Virus record (IMG/VR): IMGVR_UViG_3300028596_000001
From: a virus
Lineage: Duplodnaviria > Caudoviricetes
Reading direction: 5' to 3' (one strand)
Length of the DNA stretch: 64,000 bases
In this document: positions 45,185 to 53,635 of the stretch, piece by piece
How positions within the stretch are numbered: position 1 is the stretch's first letter
Layout: each line of letters starts with the position of its first letter
Position numbers and translations under genes: made by a program
The notes under the pieces: generated by a model
Database searches by the model: none
The model's input: only the letters and a program-made list of their open reading frames with translations
What the model was told of the DNA's origin: nothing

Positions 45185-46132
45185 TTAGTTCCCCTGGCTA
45201 CCTGCGCTACCGCTGGCGTTGGTGTGCAGCAGCATTGGTTCGCTGGCACCGTGATCGTAGTCCATGTTCAACGTGGTGTTGTTCAGGGCGTTACGCGCAT
45301 CACGCTCGGTGAGGAAGTGAGCAGCTACAGCACTCAGTACCTCGTTGTAACGGATCACAGCACCGCCACCAGAGGCGCCGTCGGTAACGGTGTCGATACC
45401 CCAGGCAATCATGGTTTCGTTGATTGCAGCGTAGCTGGCGTCGTTGTACAGTACACGGCAGGCGTTAGCCAGTTCCTGGAGGTCACCTTCGTGCAGGGTG
45501 CAACCCAGGATAGCCGAGGAGTTGATGTACACGTTGCTGACCGGCACGCTACCTACCGAAGTGAAATCAACGGGCTGTGGGTTGAACAGGTCGTCGCGGC
45601 TAGGCACCAGAGGCACCGGCAGCTCGTTACCATTCTCGTCACGTGTGACTTTGTTCACTTGTGGGTTGTAGTTGTCGAAGTTGATCAGCTTCAGGTAGTA
45701 GAAGGCATAGGAATTACCGTCGTAACCGTTCTGCACCACACGCATGCGGTATTTGGCACGGTTGACGTTATCCAGGTCCTCATCGATAGGACGGCAGATG
45801 AACGGGATCGCAGTGAACAGGTTCATGTCGATCGGCTGGTGCTGGTTGATCTTCATGCGGCTAACGCCCATGGAGTCAGAACCGTTGCAGTTGGCGCCAC
45901 GGATACCCACACCGAAATACTTCAGTTCGAAGTCGCCACCGTTCTTCGGACCGATCGATTCCTCAGCGAGAATGTTGTAACGCTCGTTGAGGGTGGTGTA
46001 CTTGGGAAGCGTGAAAGGCTGGCGCGTGGCGCAGCACTTCATGATAGTGTTGCCCCAACCAGTGTTCGTCGTTGTCTGGGTAGGAACTTCCGAACGGTTC
46101 TGGTCTTGGATTTCTGTTGCGGACAAAGCCAT
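45185..46132 (-). CDS. Baseplate-region structural protein
   Basis: 315 aa; TTLNERY, KYFGVG, YAFYYLK motifs typical of phiKZ-like baseplate proteins; strong codon bias. Confidence 0.7.
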   Translation of the reverse strand: MALSATEIQDQNRSEVPTQTTTNTGWGNTIMKCCATRQPFTLPKYTTLNERYNILAEESIGPKNGGDFELKYFGVGIRGANCNGSDSMGVSRMKINQHQPIDMNLFTAIPFICRPIDEDLDNVNRAKYRMRVVQNGYDGNSYAFYYLKLINFDNYNPQVNKVTRDENGNELPVPLVPSRDDLFNPQPVDFTSVGSVPVSNVYINSSAILGCTLHEGDLQELANACRVLYNDASYAAINETMIAWGIDTVTDGASGGGAVIRYNEVLSAVAAHFLTERDARNALNNTTLNMDYDHGASEPMLLHTNASGSAGSQGN

Positions 46133-46144
46133 GGGGGTAATTCC

Positions 46145-46558
46145 TTATAGACGAATAAGCTGGAAGCTTGTCGATTTAAAGCGCATAGAATCTGCGGCTA
46201 TGACTACACAAAGGTGTTCTTTTTCCGGCACCAGGTAAGCAATGTCTTCTTCTACCAGACTGTGGCCAGTGTGGCGATTAATCCAATTGGAGATCATCGC
46301 CTTACTGTGGTTCACGTCGAAGTCGTTACGATACTGCTTGGGAATAGACAAAGACTTCATCCTGCTAAACCCAGACAGATCGACTTTCTCCAGTTCGTAG
46401 TAGAGCGCTTCTTGCCCAGGGTGCTGGATTAGGAAGACCGCATTACCTTTAGCGTTGGTAGAAACGTGTTGAAAGGTGATCTCGTTGATCACCCGAGGGT
46501 CTTTAATGAACAGACCCTCACAGTACTTCTTCTTAATTAAGGCCAGGACCTTGTTCAT
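46145..46558 (-). CDS. Small virion adaptor-like protein
   Basis: 137 aa; YELEKVDL...INRHTGHSLVEEDI...IAADSMRF pattern seen in phiKZ-like virion proteins; ATGA-coupled to the 770-aa gene. Confidence 0.55.
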   Translation of the reverse strand: MNKVLALIKKKYCEGLFIKDPRVINEITFQHVSTNAKGNAVFLIQHPGQEALYYELEKVDLSGFSRMKSLSIPKQYRNDFDVNHSKAMISNWINRHTGHSLVEEDIAYLVPEKEHLCVVIAADSMRFKSTSFQLIRL

Positions 46559-48867
46559 TTAGCGTTCAGGACCTCGTAGTCAGTTGGTGGTACCTCGACC
46601 CAGTTAGGCTTTTCACCCAGCTTGCCGTAGTAGGTATCAGGTATCTCGAGCCACTTGGGCTTGGTGGTCAGATCCCCGTAGTACGTATCCGGGATAATCA
46701 GCATCTTCGGATTGCTACCGAGTTCGCCGTAGTAGGTATCTGGGATAATGAACTCGTTAGGCTCATCGTCCCCTACTTTGCGGAAGTAGGAGTTATCCGT
46801 CATCCGAACAGCGTAGTACCACGGTTTGTCCACACGGTTAACCGGCTTGATGTGACCACGATCGGCTAGCGTTTGCTTTGCCGACATATCCGCCACGATA
46901 GCCGGTCTGTTAGGCGTGTAGACCTTGAGCACTGACTCCAAGTTACGAATGCCGTCCATGTTGCTTTGGACGTTGAGCATCACGTTCTCGAAGTTACCCA
47001 CCAGCTTGTTACCAGGACCAGTCCACCTGCTATCTCCTACAAACGTCTCGTTGAGCATTTCGGTAACCGACACGTCATCGTCCATTTCTTTAATGACGTG
47101 AATGGTGTACGAACTCAGACGGGTCATGATCTCGATCAGATCGTTTTGCTTAACCCGCATGTTAGGTTGGATATTGGTATCCCAGCCAGTTACTCGTTTG
47201 AAGATGTCCCAGGCAAAAGACTTACACTCAGCGGCAGTATAGTCGGAGAAGTCGAAGTTGTAGTCTTTCAACAACTGTTGGTAATTGGTGTATTCACCAA
47301 CCTTGACGATCCCTGACTCGTACACTACCTTAGTCGCGTTCTTTACCCGAGCCCGTTTGTTGAGGTCGTAGAACTGACTGTAGAGTTTCTTGTGCTTCCA
47401 CATCGCCTCGTAAACTTCGAAGGCGTATTGGATCAGGTAATCAGGGGCCACAAAGTTAGCCACTGGGAACCAGATATCCCGGATGTCGAAAGCCAAGTAC
47501 GATGGATAAATGAAGTCCTTACCGCCTACATGAACGATCTCAGCAACTGTAGGTGGCTTGATGCGCATCACGTTCTGGTAATAGACCGGGCAGATGTCTA
47601 CCGGGCTCTTACCGTTACTGTAATCGACCAGGTACTTCCAGATGTGGTAAGCATCCGTAACAGGCAGACGTACTTGTCGGCCGGTCTTAGGGTCGTTAAC
47701 GATTACACGACCTTGGAACTTGTTGTTACTCGCCAGGTAGATCCACTCGTTGTACACCACCGACATCAGGGTATCTGCGTGACGGTTGGTGTAGTCGCGC
47801 ATACTCGACTCGAGGGCTTTGGTAGGCAGCTCCGAGTGGATACTGTTCTTACCGCGCTCTAGGGCGTCTTCCTGGTAGATCGACGTCTGCTTGTAGTTGT
47901 CCTTCGCCAGCGGCTGCTGCTTCATGATCAACTGTTCGGTGTTGATATACGCTGGTTCCCGCCCGTAGTCCTCGATGAGGTTCAGGTGGAGCTTGCGGTA
48001 CAACGGGGTAGGGGTCAGGTCGTCGAGCTGAGTAGCTGTACCTTCTACCATGTCATACTTAGCCAATGGGATATTCGCTACGGTGAGCAAGTTCTCCATC
48101 AGCTTATCAAAGGTGAACATCTGGCCTGGGTTGTTCTTAATCCAAGCGATGTTCCGGAACAGCCACATTACCTGATGACGATTCAGGCTGTTCTTGTACT
48201 TGGAGAAATCCCCGTAGGAATCAATGTGGCTCCAAATATAGAAATCGTGGCTATGGCGGGTGTACATGTGTTCTATGCGGATGGTGTGGATCGCCTTGAT
48301 GATATCCGCGTACAGCAGGCGCACCATTGTAGGTAGGAACAGGTCATCAGTGTAGATGTACTCACTGGTGAGGATCTGGTCCACTTCCGCTTTGATAAAG
48401 TTCTGCAACTGAGGGATCAGCTGCGTCTCGTTCCACATAACCAAATCTTGGTTATAGCGAAGGATCTTATAGTCCTCGGCCTCAATGGTCTCGGTATATG
48501 GGATCGGAGAAAGAATGCCACGAATCAAAGTAGGCTGTGACGGGTACTGCTGGATCAGCCTGCTAAACCAGTAACCCCCCCGAGAATACTCCCGGAAGGT
48601 GGCTAAGTGGTAACGAAGGTTTTCTTTGTTGAAAACAATCTCTTCATCAGTATCCAGTGAGCGGATAACCATCGGGACGTCGGTCTCGTGGTAATCACCG
48701 TTCAAGTTCATGTAGTAGCGCCAGGTACGCTTGTCTTCACTGACAGGAAGTCCGGCGCGCACTAATGCCTGGTTATATCGCTTAGCCAAGGGCTCAATTT
48801 TGATAACCATAGTTCTTGCCAGGGCGAATATGTCCCGGAAGAACTTATCTTTATCGGCATTATTCAT
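46555..48867 (-). CDS. Large baseplate-region structural protein with C-terminal 17-aa repeats
   Basis: 770 aa; WRYYMNLNGDYH N-terminal motif of phiKZ-like baseplate proteins; divergent from portal. Confidence 0.75.
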   Translation of the reverse strand: MNNADKDKFFRDIFALARTMVIKIEPLAKRYNQALVRAGLPVSEDKRTWRYYMNLNGDYHETDVPMVIRSLDTDEEIVFNKENLRYHLATFREYSRGGYWFSRLIQQYPSQPTLIRGILSPIPYTETIEAEDYKILRYNQDLVMWNETQLIPQLQNFIKAEVDQILTSEYIYTDDLFLPTMVRLLYADIIKAIHTIRIEHMYTRHSHDFYIWSHIDSYGDFSKYKNSLNRHQVMWLFRNIAWIKNNPGQMFTFDKLMENLLTVANIPLAKYDMVEGTATQLDDLTPTPLYRKLHLNLIEDYGREPAYINTEQLIMKQQPLAKDNYKQTSIYQEDALERGKNSIHSELPTKALESSMRDYTNRHADTLMSVVYNEWIYLASNNKFQGRVIVNDPKTGRQVRLPVTDAYHIWKYLVDYSNGKSPVDICPVYYQNVMRIKPPTVAEIVHVGGKDFIYPSYLAFDIRDIWFPVANFVAPDYLIQYAFEVYEAMWKHKKLYSQFYDLNKRARVKNATKVVYESGIVKVGEYTNYQQLLKDYNFDFSDYTAAECKSFAWDIFKRVTGWDTNIQPNMRVKQNDLIEIMTRLSSYTIHVIKEMDDDVSVTEMLNETFVGDSRWTGPGNKLVGNFENVMLNVQSNMDGIRNLESVLKVYTPNRPAIVADMSAKQTLADRGHIKPVNRVDKPWYYAVRMTDNSYFRKVGDDEPNEFIIPDTYYGELGSNPKMLIIPDTYYGDLTTKPKWLEIPDTYYGKLGEKPNWVEVPPTDYEVLNAK
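46558..46761 (-). repeat. Four tandem 51-nt (17-aa) repeats
   Basis: PNEFIIPDTYYGELGSN / PKMLIIPDTYYGDLTTK / PKWLEIPDTYYGKLGEK / PNWVEVPPTDYEVLNAK. Confidence 0.95.
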
Positions 48868-48892
48868 AAGTTAACTCGCTAAAGGATTTCGT

Positions 48893-51800
48893 ATGTCTTA
48901 CAAAACACGGGCCGTTACGGTGGGTAATACTCCAGTGGACTTTACCAAGGTCAAGAAAAGCTTTTCTAACCTGCCACCGGCTATTCAATCTACACTGCGC
49001 AACGCGGTTCCGCGTAACGGACTTACCCCAGATCGAGGAGACGTTGGCGGCACGGAGACAGTCAACCAGGCGAAGCTGCAACGCCTGAGCGACGTTATCA
49101 GTAACAACATCAATGCCGTGACTGACCTGCGTACCATCACTCCGTATGTTGATAAAGCGGAACTGATTTGGAACACGATCCTGCTTTACCCTAACGGTAA
49201 GCAGGACAAGATTTTGACGTACGACACGGTGTCTTCGCAGTTCAAGAACAATGCGCTACACCTTGAATTGCTTAAGGTTTGGGAAGAATACTTCACCAAC
49301 GACTATAAGATCGAGGAAGATCTCAGCAAGATTATCAACGATATCTTGTGGAATACCGGCAGCTACGTACTCTTCAACTTGAGCCGTCCTGGTCTGGATT
49401 ATTTGATCAACGGCAGCGAGTACGATCCAAAGAAAGCTCGGGAAGGTAACGAGGCGCACGACATGTACCGTCGTCGCTCTCTGGACGAGCTGAAGAAGGA
49501 GTTCGTTGAAGTCAATGGCAAGGTCAAGGTGAAGAACCTTGGCAAGTTCGTCAGAGACCCAAGCGGTAGTAACAAGAGCAGTGTTAGTGGTCTGGAGGCT
49601 ATCCTCAGCAACAACATCTCTGACGCAGGTGTAGAGTTCAACCTGTTCGGTAATGACGTCGACCCTAATGGCGACTTCTGCGTTACTATTACCGACAACC
49701 CGGCGTGCCTGTACTTCCAGAAGTTCCGTGACAACAACCGCCTGTCCAACGCTAACGCGGTGATGGGTGTTGAAAGCATGGACTTGATGGTAGACCAGGT
49801 ACTCAATGAACCTGAGAAGCTGCGGGATCCGATCGAGGATAGCGACACCCGGGTCAAGAAGTCGAAGAAGGCTGACAAGTCTGAAGCTACTACCCAGAAC
49901 CTGGATGAGCATCAGATCGCTGCTGCTGCTCGGGAGATCTACAAGGCCCGGAACATCCACAGTCAGCAAATGCAGTTCGTTAAGCCGATTGACACCCTGT
50001 CCGTTGCTCCTTACGGTCGTGGTCTCACGTGGCACATTCCAAGTGAAGCGGTAATCCCAATTCACTACAACGGTCAGAACAAACGCCAGGGCGACTTCAT
50101 CTTCCTGCTCGATCCTGAGGAAGGTACTTTCCTCAAGAACACCGCTGACCCGGAATACTACCAGTCGGTTAACAAGAACAAGTCTGGTATCACCAACAAG
50201 AACAAGTCGGGTAGCGAGAACTCCCTGATCAGTTCCTTGCGCGTGATCCAGGAAGGTAAGGAATGTGAATTCGACATGTCCGAATTCGTAGACCTAGCCA
50301 AAGCTAGTATCATCAAGCAGTTCACTTCCTCTGTGCTGAGCGACAAAGCTGAGAACATCAGTATCACCATTGACGAAGAGACCAACAAGATCTTCTTGTC
50401 CCGTCTGTTCCGTCGTCAGGGTGTACGTTGCCTGTATGTTCCTGGTGAAGCTGTTACCTACATGGCTTTGAAGTATAGCCGTTTGGGTACCGGTCAGTCC
50501 CTCACTCAATTGGCCAAGATGCACATCGCACGTCTGGCAGCATATGACGTAGCGGATGCTCTGGCTAACCTGGAAGCTGCTCAGCCACATACACTGATGA
50601 CGCTTACCCACGGTAAGGAAGACGGGGATCCGAACAACACTGTCGCTATTGCACGGGCAGCGTTCTACGATCAGAACCCTAAGCTGCACAGTATGCTGTC
50701 CAGTGCTCAGTTGTCGGTACCGATGATTGTAGACTCCCTGCGGGACTCCTCGTTGACCGTTAAGATCAACGCCGGGGATAACCCACTGGTAGCTGCACCA
50801 GAGATCGACATGCAACAGATGCAGAAGAACTTCTTCCGCCCTGTGGACGATCAGTCTCGTCAGAAGGTAATGAATGACATCGCCAACTACTTCTTCACTC
50901 CTCGGAGCTGGCTGGACGTTAGTGATGACACGAACAACTTCAAGATCGAGGCGATCACTGAACACGAGATGGTGACCAACCAGGCGGTTAACTGGCAGGC
51001 TAGTCTCAGTAACTTCATCGTGGACTTCGAGAAGAAACATGCTCGGGTAAACGGTCCTTTGATGACTCGGTTGATCAAAACGATCGCTGATAACAAGAAG
51101 TACTGGAAACCTGACAACAGTAAGGAAAAGATCGAGGGTGATGACTCTTCCGTGATCAAGATCTTGCTGGCTGACTTCTTTACTGGCATCAACGTTAGCT
51201 TCCCACAACCGTCCAACATTGAGACCACTGATAAGCTGAAGAACCAGCTCGACGCGATCGATTCGTTGGTACAGAAGTGGATGGAGATCGCCAGTAGTTC
51301 TGAAGTGCTTAAATCGGTTGCTACTTCGTTGGGTCTGTCTAGCGACGTTGCCAACGGTGAAGAAGTTATCAAGCACGTCAAGGCGTTCTTCTACGCTGAA
51401 GCCTTCAAACGCTACAACGTTCCTATGCCATTCGACGAGATCGTCAATGATGGTAAAGGTGGTGGTATTGCTTCTCTGGTACACGGTATCGTGCATCAAC
51501 AGATCAACGCACAAGAGTTCTACGTGCAGTACGTCACTGAGAAGCATAAAGCTACTCAGGCATTCCTCAAGTCCAACAAGAGCAAGCTGGAGAAGCTCCT
51601 ACAAGAAGTACAGGAAGCTGCTCCGGGTGCTGAGTTGGGTGACGACGGTCTGCCAGTCGGTGGGGTTGATGACGGCACTGGTGTAGACGCTGGTGCGGAA
51701 GGCGGCGATGAGGGTGGTGGTTACAACCCATTCGGTGGTGACGCAGACGCCGGTACCGATGACGGTACTACTGGTCCTGACGACACCCCGGCTCCTGATG

Positions 51801-51961
51801 AGGACACGGCTCCTACAGAAGACGCTGGTACTGAACCGGCTGCTACTGAAGAAACCGAAGAATCAGAAGAAACTGAACCGGACGCAACGGAAGATAGCAC
51901 TAAAGGTAGCAAAGATCCAAGCTCTCCTAACTACGATCCGTTCACTGGCGGTAAGGCGTAA
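48893..51961 (+). CDS. Portal protein (phiKZ gp129-like) with an acidic C-tail
   Basis: 1022 aa; synteny with the baseplate, RNAP and MCP genes; TGSYV and HIPSEAVIP motifs; TATG start context. Confidence 0.7.
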   Translation: MSYKTRAVTVGNTPVDFTKVKKSFSNLPPAIQSTLRNAVPRNGLTPDRGDVGGTETVNQAKLQRLSDVISNNINAVTDLRTITPYVDKAELIWNTILLYPNGKQDKILTYDTVSSQFKNNALHLELLKVWEEYFTNDYKIEEDLSKIINDILWNTGSYVLFNLSRPGLDYLINGSEYDPKKAREGNEAHDMYRRRSLDELKKEFVEVNGKVKVKNLGKFVRDPSGSNKSSVSGLEAILSNNISDAGVEFNLFGNDVDPNGDFCVTITDNPACLYFQKFRDNNRLSNANAVMGVESMDLMVDQVLNEPEKLRDPIEDSDTRVKKSKKADKSEATTQNLDEHQIAAAAREIYKARNIHSQQMQFVKPIDTLSVAPYGRGLTWHIPSEAVIPIHYNGQNKRQGDFIFLLDPEEGTFLKNTADPEYYQSVNKNKSGITNKNKSGSENSLISSLRVIQEGKECEFDMSEFVDLAKASIIKQFTSSVLSDKAENISITIDEETNKIFLSRLFRRQGVRCLYVPGEAVTYMALKYSRLGTGQSLTQLAKMHIARLAAYDVADALANLEAAQPHTLMTLTHGKEDGDPNNTVAIARAAFYDQNPKLHSMLSSAQLSVPMIVDSLRDSSLTVKINAGDNPLVAAPEIDMQQMQKNFFRPVDDQSRQKVMNDIANYFFTPRSWLDVSDDTNNFKIEAITEHEMVTNQAVNWQASLSNFIVDFEKKHARVNGPLMTRLIKTIADNKKYWKPDNSKEKIEGDDSSVIKILLADFFTGINVSFPQPSNIETTDKLKNQLDAIDSLVQKWMEIASSSEVLKSVATSLGLSSDVANGEEVIKHVKAFFYAEAFKRYNVPMPFDEIVNDGKGGGIASLVHGIVHQQINAQEFYVQYVTEKHKATQAFLKSNKSKLEKLLQEVQEAAPGAELGDDGLPVGGVDDGTGVDAGAEGGDEGGGYNPFGGDADAGTDDGTTGPDDTPAPDEDTAPTEDAGTEPAATEETEESEETEPDATEDSTKGSKDPSSPNYDPFTGGKA

Positions 51962-51962
51962 A

Positions 51963-52019
51963 GCAAAAAAAAGAAACAAGACTACTAACCCCTACCCACC
52001 ATTGGTGGGTAGGGGTTAT
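51963..52019 (-). terminator. Intrinsic terminator between convergent genes
   Basis: Stem aacccctacccacc/ggtgggtaggggtt plus TTTCTTTTTTTTGC on the minus strand. Confidence 0.8.
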
Positions 52020-52025
52020 GTCTGC

Positions 52026-52403
52026 TTAGGCTTTAGGTTTGAAGAAACTCACGCTATCGATAACTTTTTCCTGCCTGTCGTTGACAAGAGTTACCATGAC
52101 CTGGAACTTGTCGCACATGATCCGCTCACCTACCAGATCATTGCTCATCTCCAAGCGAATGAACACTTTGTCAGAGAAGACTTTATCACTATCATGGGCC
52201 AGTACTTCCAGCAGCATGGTCGTGATACGGTGGATCAGGTTAGGCATGCGCAGCAGTGGCTTTGGCCAATTACCGCTACGGCGGATCTTGGCGAACAGAT
52301 CAATGATCGCTTGTGGATCTACGTGGGCTGGTACGTCATCAACCGGTCCGCGAAATACTTCAGAGGCTTTTAGTACCGCGGGAAACTGATTAGCTGTAGT
52401 CAT
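52026..52403 (-). CDS. Hypothetical protein
   Basis: 125 aa, AAGGAAG RBS. Confidence 0.7.
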   Translation of the reverse strand: MTTANQFPAVLKASEVFRGPVDDVPAHVDPQAIIDLFAKIRRSGNWPKPLLRMPNLIHRITTMLLEVLAHDSDKVFSDKVFIRLEMSNDLVGERIMCDKFQVMVTLVNDRQEKVIDSVSFFKPKA

Positions 52404-52418
52404 AGCTTTCTTCCTTTA

Positions 52419-52922
52419 TTAGTAAGCGACATGTTGATTGTAATAAACCATCCAGTCCACACCACGTACCTGGACGCACATACCTTCTTTAACTCCGTAA
52501 GGACCTTCATGGAGTAGTAGGAGGAGTTCATACTGGAAGCGACCAGAAATATAAAGGTCACGTTCCATCAAAGCTAACACTACTTCTCGAGCTATCTCCA
52601 TAGGTTTACGCCTGAGTGCTTTATTACCTCTGTGCAAGAACGGCTCAAGCTCGCGTTCAATCGAGTTAAGAAGACTCACCCCACCTTCGAACCGGCCGAG
52701 CGCATTCAGATCCAGTATGATGTGATGCGGGAGTTCTGGTTTAAGCGCAGGACCAGCAATAGGGGTGGTGCGTAGGCGGTGTTGCAAGTACTTCTTGAGA
52801 TGTCCGCCAGAAGGCCTTGGTTTGTCTTTAGAGGTCGTTGTGTCGTAGACGTTGTAGTACGTCAACAGATTAGCCAACTCTGGCAGGGAGAGCTTATCGA
52901 GGTCTTTATCGGTAACTGACAT
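52419..52922 (-). CDS. Hypothetical protein
   Basis: 167 aa, AAGGAG RBS. Confidence 0.7.
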   Translation of the reverse strand: MSVTDKDLDKLSLPELANLLTYYNVYDTTTSKDKPRPSGGHLKKYLQHRLRTTPIAGPALKPELPHHIILDLNALGRFEGGVSLLNSIERELEPFLHRGNKALRRKPMEIAREVVLALMERDLYISGRFQYELLLLLHEGPYGVKEGMCVQVRGVDWMVYYNQHVAY

Positions 52923-52937
52923 TACAACTCCTTCTTC

Positions 52938-52965
52938 GACAAAAAAGAAAGGCCCACGAGGGGCC
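52938..52965 (-). terminator. Intrinsic terminator/attenuator
   Basis: ggccc-ctcgt-gggcc followed by TTTCTTTTTTG on the minus strand. Confidence 0.55.
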
Positions 52966-52994
52966 TAAAGGGGAAACAGCAGTCAGCTGTTAGG

Positions 52995-53456
52995 TTAAGC
53001 TTGTTTACGCGCTTGGTATTCAGCGTTCCAGGCGTCGTGCTTTTCTTTAGCAGTAGCTTGCATCTCGGCTACCTTCTCCATCGAAACCAGATCGGTTTCT
53101 TTCAGCTGGCTATCAACCAGGTAATGGACGTTAGCCAGGAAGGAGCTGCAGAACAGATTGCCGGTTTGAGATTCGTTGTAGTTCAGGATGGCTTGGTCCA
53201 TGGTGTTATCGAATACTTCGACGCAACCACCGACGCTGTCACGGGAGATGTGAGCTTTGCCGTCTTTACCGAGGTACAGCAGGTTCAGCGAGAAGTACTT
53301 AGCTTGAACCAGAGCTACTGGAACCAGGTGATCACCTTTTACCAGAGTGGCGATGCCGTACACAGCGCGCTCGCCAGCGCCACGGTGATCATCTACTACT
53401 ACACCGTTGTTAGCGTTAACAGCAGCAACAACAGCAGCGAAAGTTTGCATAGTCAT
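52995..53456 (-). CDS. Highly expressed early hypothetical protein
   Basis: Start ATG 53456 (AAGGA RBS), ~153 aa, strong codon bias. Confidence 0.75.
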   Translation of the reverse strand: MTMQTFAAVVAAVNANNGVVVDDHRGAGERAVYGIATLVKGDHLVPVALVQAKYFSLNLLYLGKDGKAHISRDSVGGCVEVFDNTMDQAILNYNESQTGNLFCSSFLANVHYLVDSQLKETDLVSMEKVAEMQATAKEKHDAWNAEYQARKQA

Positions 53457-53524
53457 GGTGAGATCCTTTTTACTATAAAGAGAATATAGCAATTCAAATG
53501 AATTACTGTTCTTGATTCACCCTA

Positions 53525-53532
53525 GTTATATA
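53525..53532 (-). promoter_or_regulatory. phiKZ-type early promoter variant (TATATAAC)
   Basis: Minus strand CTATATAACtaGGGTGAA. Confidence 0.6.
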
Positions 53533-53572
53533 GACCTGAGATCCCGTAGAAATTAAAAATACAGCATAGCTA

Positions 53573-53600
53573 CCCTACCTACCCGAAAGGGTAGGTAGGG
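53573..53600 (-). terminator. Intrinsic terminator
   Basis: 12-bp stem ccctacctaccc/gggtaggtaggg downstream of the 53636 stop. Confidence 0.75.
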
Positions 53601-53635
53601 ACTATAACTAAACTAATTGCGCAATTAACTCAGCC

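Noticed and set aside
48890-48896. TATG late-promoter motifs at several structural gene starts (29198, 41433, 48892)
   Set aside because: A 4-nt motif is too short to call from sequence alone; used only as supporting context
51693-52389. 226-aa and 116-aa plus-strand ORFs overlapping the portal tail
   Set aside because: They run through a terminator into the antisense strand of a real gene; no slippery site or RBS supports a portal extension
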